Shown here: in pieces, positions 18,611 through 26,868 of the stretch
Layout: each line of letters starts with the position of its first letter
Numbering within the stretch: the stretch's first letter is position 1
NCBI GenBank assembly: GCA_014728035.1
Contig: WJMJ01000135.1
Location: 1 to 29,346 of the forward strand
DNA length: 29,346 nucleotides
DNA from: Promethearchaeota archaeon
GTDB lineage: Archaea > Asgardarchaeota > Thorarchaeia > Thorarchaeales > Thorarchaeaceae
Direction: 5' to 3'
Program-made: the position numbers and the translations under genes
The notes under the pieces: generated by a model
Told to the model about the DNA's origin: nothing
Databases searched by the model: none
Seen by the model: the letters and a program-made list of their open reading frames with translations, nothing else

Positions 18611-19993
18611 TTGAAACGGTCTGTAGTACTTGGTTGGGATGGAGTTCCTCCTGGTTTGGTCTTTAATGACTTAATCGACCGATTGCCGAATCTACGAGAA
18701 ATTCTCAAATCAAGTACATATGGTCCATTACAAAGTGTGTCACCCCCGATTACAGTTCCAGCTTGGATGAGTATGATGACAGGTTGTGATCCTGGACAGC
18801 TTGGGCTCTATGGATTCAGACACAGAACTCCAGGTGATTACAAAGAAATTTGGATACCTGATTCAACTCATATCAAGCAACCTAAGGTCTGGGATATTGT
18901 TGGTGAACATGGTGGAAAGGTTATTGTCATAGGCGTACCTCCCACATATCCGCCCTCAGAAGTGGATGGCGTATTAATATCTGGATTTCTAGCGCCTGAT
19001 ACTGAACGGCCATACACCTATCCCCCTGAAATTTCTGAAAAGATTAGTGAGATTGTGGGTGACTATACGTTAGATGTCTTCTACAGAACTGAAGACAAAG
19101 AAACACTTAGTGCCGAGCTCTTTGAGATGACCAAGAAAAGGCACCGAGTAGCAAAACATCTTCTCCAAAATGAAGAATGGAATCTATTTGTGATGATGGA
19201 AGTTGGTCCTGATAGATTACATCATGGCTTCTGGAGATACTATGATGTTACACACTCGAGGCATATCGAGTCTGAAAAGTATCGTTCGGTTTTCATTAGA
19301 TACTACGAGTTACTTGATAAGCAACTGGGTGAAATACTTGAACTTCTTCCTGATGATTGCGTTCTTATTCTGGCTTCAGACCACGGAGCGAAGGAACGTG
19401 AAGGAGTTTTTTGTATTAACCAATGGCTTTACAATCAGGGATTACTTGCCCTGAAGTCAGAGCCTTCATCTCCCACTTCTTTTGAAGACTTGGACATCGA
19501 CTGGAAACACACGAAAGCATGGGCATGGGGTGGATATTATGCGCGTATTTTCATCAATCTTGAAGGATACGAGCGTGAGGGTTGTGTGCCTCATGATGAA
19601 TACGAGCAATTTCGAGACACACTCGCTCAGATGCTGTTATCGATACGTGGTCCTAATGGTGAATCGTGGGAAAACATCGTGGATAAACCTGAGGATATCT
19701 ATCATGAATGTAACGGGGAATATCCTGACCTAATGTTATACTTAGATGATTTACATTGGCGAGCATCTGGCGGATTGGGGTATGATTCCGTCTATTTCTA
19801 TGAGAGTGACAATGGTCCTGATGATGCGATACATGACTGGAATGGCATCTATGTCATACATTTTCCAGAACAACAACATTCCGCAAAAAGAGAACAAAGC
19901 ATACTCGATATTGCTCCTACTCTTTTGCAATATATGGGGCTGAAAGTCCCATCCTATATGAAAGGAAAAACAATACGGAGTAAACACAAATGA
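18611..19993 (+). CDS. Alkaline-phosphatase-superfamily (NPP/phosphodiesterase-like, COG3379-type) cytoplasmic enzyme
   Basis: GWDG (metal Asp), PPITVPAW..MMTG..PG (Thr nucleophile), DRLHH, SDHG, DAIH..G, DIAPT. No signal peptide. TTG start with GAGGT RBS. Confidence 0.9.
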   Translation: MKRSVVLGWDGVPPGLVFNDLIDRLPNLREILKSSTYGPLQSVSPPITVPAWMSMMTGCDPGQLGLYGFRHRTPGDYKEIWIPDSTHIKQPKVWDIVGEHGGKVIVIGVPPTYPPSEVDGVLISGFLAPDTERPYTYPPEISEKISEIVGDYTLDVFYRTEDKETLSAELFEMTKKRHRVAKHLLQNEEWNLFVMMEVGPDRLHHGFWRYYDVTHSRHIESEKYRSVFIRYYELLDKQLGEILELLPDDCVLILASDHGAKEREGVFCINQWLYNQGLLALKSEPSSPTSFEDLDIDWKHTKAWAWGGYYARIFINLEGYEREGCVPHDEYEQFRDTLAQMLLSIRGPNGESWENIVDKPEDIYHECNGEYPDLMLYLDDLHWRASGGLGYDSVYFYESDNGPDDAIHDWNGIYVIHFPEQQHSAKREQSILDIAPTLLQYMGLKVPSYMKGKTIRSKHK

Positions 19994-20514
19994 AACGAAA
20001 TGGATTTTGCATCTGGCTTACTGGACTTTCAGGAGCTGGAAAAACAACAATATCTAAGAAACTAATTGAATACTTGAAAGAAGACCGCTTCATTGAAGCT
20101 ATGGATGGCGATGAAATCAGAAAAGGTCTGAGTCGAGACCTCGGATTTTCAAAAGCTGATCGAAATGAGCACAACAGACGTGTAATATTTTGTACAAAGC
20201 TACTTGTTAGAAATGGTGTAATTGTTAATGTAGCTTTAATCTCACCCTATCGAGAAACACGTGCATACGCAAAAGAGGAGATTCCTAATATGATAGAGGT
20301 TTTTGTCAAAGCACCACTTGAAACTTGTATCGAACGTGATCCCAAGGGCCTCTATGAGAAAGCGTTAGCGGGTGAGATTAAACAGTTTACTGGAATTGAT
20401 GACCCATATGAAGAACCTCTCGAACCTGACCTTATTGTAGAAACACACAAGGAAACTGTAGAGGAATCAGTCCAGAAGATTCTTGACAAAGCTAAAGAGC
20501 TAGGATATCTATAG
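19990..20514 (+). CDS. cysC: Adenylyl-sulfate kinase
   Basis: WLTGLSGAGKTT, DGDEIR, DLGFSKADR, ISPY, RDPKGLY, FTGIDDPYEEP. ATGA overlap with the AlkP gene. Confidence 0.97.
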   Translation: MKRNGFCIWLTGLSGAGKTTISKKLIEYLKEDRFIEAMDGDEIRKGLSRDLGFSKADRNEHNRRVIFCTKLLVRNGVIVNVALISPYRETRAYAKEEIPNMIEVFVKAPLETCIERDPKGLYEKALAGEIKQFTGIDDPYEEPLEPDLIVETHKETVEESVQKILDKAKELGYL

Positions 20515-20537
20515 TTAGATAACAGGATGATGAGATA

Positions 20538-20774
20538 ATGCCAAAAACCAAGTCGCGGAAGGGGAAATTCACGTCCGTATCAATTCCCATTCCCCTTTTC
20601 AGAAAAATTGAAGTGCATATTGAAGATACTGGATTCACATCAGTTTCTAGTTATGTGACATATATCCTAAGAGAGATTGTTGCTGAATCTGCTTCAGATA
20701 CATCTGAAACGTCCGCCAAAGCAGACCAAGAAAAGGTCAAAGAACGTTTGAGGGCATTGGGTTATCTCGATTAA
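20538..20774 (+). CDS. CopG/ribbon-helix-helix protein with C-terminal KERLRALGYLD tail
   Basis: TSVSIP (beta strand), helix, GFTSVSSYVTYILRE (second helix), then a low-complexity linker and the tail. Confidence 0.85.
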   Translation: MPKTKSRKGKFTSVSIPIPLFRKIEVHIEDTGFTSVSSYVTYILREIVAESASDTSETSAKADQEKVKERLRALGYLD

Positions 20775-20845
20775 TCAAATTCAGATACATCTCTTAGGCA
20801 CATTATCCTGAATGGACTCGAACAAAACGACTAATTGTAATATAT

Positions 20846-20883
20846 GAGATGCGGAAAAGTCCGTATTCTCCCTTCTTCTTTTT
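20846..20883 (+). terminator. Hairpin plus pyrimidine/U-tract ending the sulfate operon
   Basis: GAGATGCGGA-aaag-TCCGTATTCTC followed by ccttcttcttttt. Confidence 0.6.
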
Positions 20884-20973
20884 GGCGTATAACCTGATGC
20901 AATATCTAAACGATTCATTCTTATTCGGTTTAATACTCCAAGCTCAATAGCAATATACTTTGTAGGTGTTTAA

Positions 20974-21807
20974 ATGACCAAAGCAATTGATTTGCTGAAT
21001 CTTCTTCGTGAAACTGTCGTACCTGGTGGAATAATACTTCGAGCATTACAGGGGAAATTAGATAATCGACCAAAAGAATCGGATTTACCGGATGATCTAG
21101 CTGATGACAAATCCACCGCTCATACAATTGGGGATGATTTAGTTCAGGAGGTAGCGCTTCAGATTCTTTCGAGTCACAGTACTGATTTTCGGATAAATGC
21201 CGAAGAAGATACTCCTCGAGTAAACACGTTTAGTGGAACTGATTCGTCATTTTGTTATCATTTAGACCCTCTTGATGGAACTCTCTCATTTATCCAAGGA
21301 AGTGATGGTTATGCTGTTGGAGCAGCATTTTCCAGAAACAAGCAATTTGAAGCCTCTGCAATTTATTTTCCTGCAAGAGATAAAGTCTACTTAGCCCAGA
21401 GAGGAAAAGGGATTCGAGTAGAAACACAGTTTAGACAAGAACTACCCTTCGATAGAATTAATCCAACCTCCGGGAAGTATATTCAACGGCGTGCGGAGAA
21501 ATACGTACCTGTAGTTGAATCCATGAATTTCACACATCTGGATACAATGGGTGCTCATCATGGGATGGTGTGTATCGCTCGTGGAGAAGCAAGAGTTTTG
21601 ATGTACGGTAGAGCGAGTCCACATGATTTTGGTATACCTCAAGTAGTTGTTGAAGAATCTGGAGGGATATGTACGGACTCTGAAGGCAATCCTGTGACTT
21701 ATGAGAAAGGCTTTCCAAGAGTTCCCCTCTTCATGGCATTCTCCGATATCGAAACAAAGGAGGCCTTTTTTGAGAGTGATGTCTATGCCTCATTAGACAC
21801 GAAATGA
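20974..21807 (+). CDS. Inositol monophosphatase superfamily protein, possibly a CysQ-like 3'(2'),5'-bisphosphate nucleotidase
   Basis: T.GD..VQ, AEE, LDPLDGT, HD..PQVVVEESGG..TD..G. It has its own TTTAATA box (20929-20935) and an AGGTG RBS. Confidence 0.85.
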   Translation: MTKAIDLLNLLRETVVPGGIILRALQGKLDNRPKESDLPDDLADDKSTAHTIGDDLVQEVALQILSSHSTDFRINAEEDTPRVNTFSGTDSSFCYHLDPLDGTLSFIQGSDGYAVGAAFSRNKQFEASAIYFPARDKVYLAQRGKGIRVETQFRQELPFDRINPTSGKYIQRRAEKYVPVVESMNFTHLDTMGAHHGMVCIARGEARVLMYGRASPHDFGIPQVVVEESGGICTDSEGNPVTYEKGFPRVPLFMAFSDIETKEAFFESDVYASLDTK

Positions 21808-21844
21808 TAGTTGAGCATATCTCTCTTTATGTGGTTATATCTAC

Positions 21845-22885
21845 TTAATTTCGTAGCCGGTCTCGTAGAATCTTTATTGTGATTGACACAAATAGAATTG
21901 GCCCCGTTATCATCATAGCTAGATACACCAATGTTCCAATAACGATAGCTAAATCTGCGACAAAGCACCAAATTATTGCTAGACTTGCAAACGTCCCAAA
22001 CAATAGCCAAACAAATCGCATCTTGATTGGTTCTTTATTCTCAAATGAAACATCATCTTTAGGTCCTATGTATATCATAAGGAATATCAACAAGTAGAAT
22101 CCAACTGTAAGAAGAATTGTTTCTAGTCCTGGTATTCTATCTGGAAATATAACAAACCATAGAAATACATAGAGGAATGCCAAATACAGGCTTGCAAAAG
22201 CAATTCCTTTCTTCCCAATTCTTAGTTGTTGAATATTCAAGCCATTAGGTGTTCTTTTTGCAAGATATAGTGCAGATAATATCAAGATTAGATTTCCAAT
22301 AATCGCTATCAATACCGAAAAGAGATCTGCTAGGAGCCCAGATACAAGAAATGTTGCTCCAGCAAAAAAGACGAGAATAAAGATAATCTTATTTCTCCTA
22401 TTCTGTACTACAAACTTCCAATGGCTTGGAATGATGCTTGAAAAAGTATGACCCCTATTTGTATTTAATGAACTGATCTCAAAGATGAAAATTGGTATAA
22501 TAAATGAAAAAATTGCGTGCCAAAAGAGTGCTATGATGAGAAATTCTCCAGTCGCGAATCCCAGAAATGTGCCAAATTGCGGGCCGTCTTCCGCCATATA
22601 TCCTGCCCAAATGACCTTGGTCATCCAAGACTCATATAATCCATAGATAATCCCCCATAAGTAGAGCTGGCTGGGGGATGTCCGTTGAAGTTTAATCGCC
22701 AGATTGAGAAGTATTAGTCCATGAAACCAGTAAAGTGGGAGCACAACAAAAATTCCCCAGGGATCCAGAAACCATAATGGAGCTGAGCCTGAGAAAACTT
22801 CAGCAAACATAATCGAAAGAATACCAAAGTAAAAAATACTCCAGTAATTCGTTTCTTTCTGGGACGTTTCCACCATCTCAATCAA
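21845..22885 (-). CDS. Uncharacterised polytopic membrane protein (about 10 TM)
   Basis: Long hydrophobic ORF with intramembrane polar motifs AEVFSGS, YGLYES..K, WHAIFS. Confidence 0.75.
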   Translation of the reverse strand: MIEMVETSQKETNYWSIFYFGILSIMFAEVFSGSAPLWFLDPWGIFVVLPLYWFHGLILLNLAIKLQRTSPSQLYLWGIIYGLYESWMTKVIWAGYMAEDGPQFGTFLGFATGEFLIIALFWHAIFSFIIPIFIFEISSLNTNRGHTFSSIIPSHWKFVVQNRRNKIIFILVFFAGATFLVSGLLADLFSVLIAIIGNLILILSALYLAKRTPNGLNIQQLRIGKKGIAFASLYLAFLYVFLWFVIFPDRIPGLETILLTVGFYLLIFLMIYIGPKDDVSFENKEPIKMRFVWLLFGTFASLAIIWCFVADLAIVIGTLVYLAMMITGPILFVSITIKILRDRLRN

Positions 22886-22995
22886 ATACAGTTTGAAAAA
22901 ACAGCTATTTATTTTTCATCTACAAATATCGTGGTTTATCATGTTCACCAAACTTTTTCAAAAGGGTTGAGCTGCTATGTTCTTGAGGTAGCATA

Positions 22996-23283
22996 GTGTA
23001 CTACGTCTATATAATCGAGACCGAAGATGAAACGTATTACACTGGAATAACGAATAATCTTCTTCGTAGAATGAAAGAGCATACATCAGGGTCTGGTCGT
23101 GGAGCAGCTTATCTAAGAATGCATAAGCCGAAATATCTGGTATATCTTGCAGAATGTGAAACAAGGAGTGAAGCACAAAAATTGGAGTATAAAATAAAAA
23201 AAGATCAGAAGCTCAAAATGAGCCTAATTGGCCCTAGGCGAGACCTCCGCGAAGTCATTGAAACTGAGGAGAGCTATCTTTGA
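22996..23283 (+). CDS. Stand-alone GIY-YIG nuclease family protein (UPF0213/YazA-like)
   Basis: YVYII..YYTGITNNL.RR..EH..G.GA.Y...KP..LVY...SEA.KLE..IKK. Confidence 0.9.
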   Translation: MYYVYIIETEDETYYTGITNNLLRRMKEHTSGSGRGAAYLRMHKPKYLVYLAECETRSEAQKLEYKIKKDQKLKMSLIGPRRDLREVIETEESYL

Positions 23284-23284
23284 A

Positions 23285-25969
23285 TCAGATCAAAGAGTTG
23301 GTTGTTCTTTCCACCTGTTTTCTTAGTGGATCCCCCAACTCATCTAGTAATGTAGATAATTTATCCAACCAGTGAATACTAGCCCTTCTGCATGCAATGA
23401 AGGGCTTTGATGTACCCATTGCATTTCCTATGTCTTCTAACTGATCCAGTGCCAATGAAAGCCAGTCCAAATATCCATTGTGTTTACCAACTGCGTAGAT
23501 TCCCTTTTGTGAAAAATACCCCTTGCCTGCTAAGAAGTCACATAGAAAATCATAGGATGCTCTGAGATGGCGTATATCGTCTCTTATTCGTACTGCTGGA
23601 ATTTTATGCGTCAAACGGAATGGAAGTTTTTCATCATTTCTGAGGAATCTCTGATAGGTCGCCAAGACCTTTAGAATTGAATATGCACATTTTACCTCTC
23701 TTACAAGTATGTCTAGAAAACCAGGTCGATTCCATGTCCAGGGATTGGAGAATTTATGGGTTTTAAAATCATAGTCTGTTGTCACTTGCTGATATTTTGA
23801 TAGGGCCTGAAGCCAATTTACGCTCCAACAAAATCTTGTTGGCTTTCCATTTTCTATAATTCCTGATCGTGTAGATAGGCATCTCGTGATTTCTTCAAAG
23901 GTTATCTGACGAACGACAAAGTCGTGCATTGCAGAGCTGAGTGGTGATAGTCTTTGAGAATTTTCGACTAAGGCGAGACCTAAGGCATTGACAGGGCTTC
24001 TGATTAGTTGATTATCTCGGGTCATTACAATATAGCAGTCGTGTTCTTGTTTATAGTCTGCAATAGGCGTACTCCGCCCTATTATCTTTCTACTCTCTTC
24101 GTTTAGTCTGACTGAAATACTAGAATGTTGAAATGGCTCTCGTGACCATATCAACTCAGCTTTCCCATGGAATTCTTCATCTTCAAGACTTAGGAATGTG
24201 ACTCTATTGTGAAGGATCTCCCATAGATAGTGATAGTTCTGATGTGTTAACACCTCCAAGAATACCTTTTCTCTTAGTGGATGGTGGAATAAGAATGGGA
24301 TTTTATAATCCTTAGAATGAGCTGAAACATTTGCAATTTCCTCTGCCAATCCTCCAGAAATAATCCATGCACCACCTCCCGTTACAACCCAATCAATGAC
24401 TCCTTTTTTAGTTAGGTCCGTTACAGGCATTATCTCTGCTAGTGTTTTACTCCCAGTTATTTGAGGGATATCTAGTACAGGGCGTTCAAGTTTTTGAGAA
24501 TGTTTTCTGATCGGTTGGTCTTCTTTTGTTCCGATTAGTTTAGTCCGGATTGTTTCTCCTATTTTTTCTTCTAATCTTTCAATTATCCCTTTTGTTGTCA
24601 AGGTATTCCCATAGTTTATCCTTTCAAGACCGGAACTGGAATGAACTTGTGGGAGTACATTTACTCGTATGAGAAGATTTCGTAACTCTTCATTTTTATC
24701 TAGGTCACTTGGATCTTCGATTCTTTTCATAATCTCTTGGATAGTGATTTCTTCTCTTGCATAGCTATCGATAGCCATGACTGTGTTGCTGACATCCAGA
24801 AGCTCCAAGTGAATTCCATCGATCTCCCCATCAAAGATGTCCTCCAAGAGCAGTCGGTGGTTTCTCTCAAGTTTTTCTTTTAGCCAATTTCGCTCTAACA
24901 ACATTATCCAACTATTACCAGAGTCTATGATTTGTTTTCCTTCTGGGTCCACAATAGAATATCCTGAAAGACAAAGAATTTTTTCAAAGCTATTTTCTGA
25001 ACTTCTCAGAAAACGTGCCGTAAAATCTGATTTGCCCCCCTTCGAGCCCTTCTTCTCCGAGAAATGAATCTGCGGAGTGTCTATTGAATCCCAAAGTATC
25101 TCATAAACAAACTCGCCTTCGATTTCCACATCTTCATGTTTAAGAATTTTCAAATCGTATTGCTTATCGACCAGTCTTATGAGGTTCATTATTGACTCTC
25201 TTGAAAAGAGTGTGGTTACATTTTCTGAAGTACTTGAAAGTCGTATCAAATCACTTCCAAATGATTTGACTTGTTCACCACGTAGATCCGCTACCAATAA
25301 CATATTCCACAGGTTGTAAGTTCTTATTCCCAGAAATGCCAATATTTGCTTGTACCTATTTATGCTGGAATGGTGTTTCAGTGCATACTCTAAAATTTCC
25401 GTTTCTTTGTCAGTAAGCGGATCATCAAACTCGAGATGCTCAAGTATTTCATCAATATCCACTTCATGACGTTCTTCTAAGAGATTCTCTCTTGCTCGTA
25501 TCTCCTGTCTGATTTCCGTTTCTATAGAGATAATGAATCTACGAAGTAAAACCAATTCCCAAAGATTCATTCCCGTAGTAGCAATTATTTGTTCAACATC
25601 TTCTCTTTTGGAGATGCCAATCAAAGAGTTGAGATTTCGTGGACGGTTTAGAAGTTGGTTTTCTAGTTCCTTCATATCCCGTTTCCATGATATCCGAATC
25701 AGAATCGATGTCACGACCCATAAAAAAATGTCAAAAACTCCAATTGCAATAAGCGGATAGATATCAATTGTGGCACCCCATGGAGATGGGAAAACCAACT
25801 CATAGTCAAGAACCACGAACACTATATTTTGCTCAGTATTTGTTGTAATGGTTAACAGTGTGATTACAATACCAATCAAGAATGTTATAGCTACAGAAAT
25901 GAACTTCTTTCGCACATAGTTAATTCGTTCTCGAAGTTTTGAATTATATCCCATAAGATTGTACTCCAT
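23285..25969 (-). CDS. Large hypothetical protein (~894 aa) with two N-terminal TM helices
   Basis: Uninterrupted 2.7-kb ORF. ATG 25969 lies 4 nt after the Nudix stop, whereas the ORF-track start at 26074 overlaps the Nudix gene. Two hydrophobic segments precede a long soluble region. Confidence 0.8.
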   Translation of the reverse strand: MEYNLMGYNSKLRERINYVRKKFISVAITFLIGIVITLLTITTNTEQNIVFVVLDYELVFPSPWGATIDIYPLIAIGVFDIFLWVVTSILIRISWKRDMKELENQLLNRPRNLNSLIGISKREDVEQIIATTGMNLWELVLLRRFIISIETEIRQEIRARENLLEERHEVDIDEILEHLEFDDPLTDKETEILEYALKHHSSINRYKQILAFLGIRTYNLWNMLLVADLRGEQVKSFGSDLIRLSSTSENVTTLFSRESIMNLIRLVDKQYDLKILKHEDVEIEGEFVYEILWDSIDTPQIHFSEKKGSKGGKSDFTARFLRSSENSFEKILCLSGYSIVDPEGKQIIDSGNSWIMLLERNWLKEKLERNHRLLLEDIFDGEIDGIHLELLDVSNTVMAIDSYAREEITIQEIMKRIEDPSDLDKNEELRNLLIRVNVLPQVHSSSGLERINYGNTLTTKGIIERLEEKIGETIRTKLIGTKEDQPIRKHSQKLERPVLDIPQITGSKTLAEIMPVTDLTKKGVIDWVVTGGGAWIISGGLAEEIANVSAHSKDYKIPFLFHHPLREKVFLEVLTHQNYHYLWEILHNRVTFLSLEDEEFHGKAELIWSREPFQHSSISVRLNEESRKIIGRSTPIADYKQEHDCYIVMTRDNQLIRSPVNALGLALVENSQRLSPLSSAMHDFVVRQITFEEITRCLSTRSGIIENGKPTRFCWSVNWLQALSKYQQVTTDYDFKTHKFSNPWTWNRPGFLDILVREVKCAYSILKVLATYQRFLRNDEKLPFRLTHKIPAVRIRDDIRHLRASYDFLCDFLAGKGYFSQKGIYAVGKHNGYLDWLSLALDQLEDIGNAMGTSKPFIACRRASIHWLDKLSTLLDELGDPLRKQVERTTNSLI

Positions 25970-25973
25970 TGAA

Positions 25974-26765
25974 TTATTTTGAAACGAGATATTTTCGTAA
26001 TAGTGATATTGCCAATACCATGTGGTCAGTAGCATCAATATCTTCAGCAATTGGGAGCCCGTTGTTTTCCACAATACTTGATAGTGTACCTTCGTCAGTC
26101 GAAGGGAAAAAGAGGTAGGAATGCTCTTTTCCTCTTATTGCAACATCTGTAGATGCAACGTTGACTGGTGCATACATGACACATGTTGTATCATGATTGC
26201 TTCCCCATACAACACCTAGAAGTCTGAATTTTTCAATTGAATAATGCTTATCTCTTTGTAGCGAGGTTTCTTCGGTGATCTCTCTAGCTGATGTCTCGAA
26301 AAGACATTCTGGCAATGCTTTCCATTCGTTATGATGATTCTCTACAGCAGCTAGTTTGGGATCAATAAATCCTCCCCCTACTGCGTGTAACATACCTCCT
26401 TGGTCAGAACCCTGTCGTACACCAAGTACGATTTTGTTATCGGTTGTGACCATCAGAGACGTGACACTGGTAGGATTTGGATATTCAATAGCTGATTGAT
26501 ATTGTTGATGTCGTAGAATGAAATGCCACTTGTAGCTACATTTACTGAGCTCAATCGATACTGTTTGGTCTTCTTTGACCACTCTTTCGAATCTCCAAAG
26601 CGGTCCATTATACACTCCTTGAGGTCTCTTCTCCCATTCCTCGTTTACTATTTCTATTTGTGTCTGTGTAGGATTCCATGAGGAAGGAACCACTTTGATG
26701 TTCACTTGGTTCTTTTTCCATTCTCCGTGAACGAGTACTTTTCGGTATGATGATTGAGCAGACAT
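25974..26765 (-). CDS. Nudix hydrolase, NUDT22-like subfamily
   Basis: YNGPLWRF, SYK, P..V..L..T.D..IVL..R, GGGFIDP, split Nudix box AREITEETSL, LLGVV. Confidence 0.82.
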   Translation of the reverse strand: MSAQSSYRKVLVHGEWKKNQVNIKVVPSSWNPTQTQIEIVNEEWEKRPQGVYNGPLWRFERVVKEDQTVSIELSKCSYKWHFILRHQQYQSAIEYPNPTSVTSLMVTTDNKIVLGVRQGSDQGGMLHAVGGGFIDPKLAAVENHHNEWKALPECLFETSAREITEETSLQRDKHYSIEKFRLLGVVWGSNHDTTCVMYAPVNVASTDVAIRGKEHSYLFFPSTDEGTLSSIVENNGLPIAEDIDATDHMVLAISLLRKYLVSK

Positions 26766-26868
26766 TACATTCTGGTTTGATAGACTCTCATATAGATTTG
26801 ACGTGTCATCATATTATGCGAAGATTTCAAATCTCTGAATGTAGTTTCCTGTATTGTGTGAATCTACC

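Noticed and set aside
17454-20514. Dissimilatory or assimilatory sulfate reduction locus
   Set aside because: No aprAB, qmo, dsr, cysH or sulfite reductase is in the window, and CysC diverts APS to PAPS. Reduction genes elsewhere in the genome cannot be excluded.
20812-20847. 11-codon ORF (MDSNKTTNCNI) before the hairpin, as a possible leader peptide
   Set aside because: It has no RBS or informative codon content and is expected by chance.
22996-23283. GIY-YIG gene as a homing endonuclease or mobile element
   Set aside because: It is a 95-aa stand-alone UPF0213-type protein with no DNA-binding extension, intron, terminal repeats or target-site duplication visible.
25970-26074. 35-aa N-terminal extension of the 929-aa ORF in the ORF track
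   Set aside because: It overlaps the Nudix gene on the same strand. ATG 25969, just after the Nudix stop, is the more plausible start.
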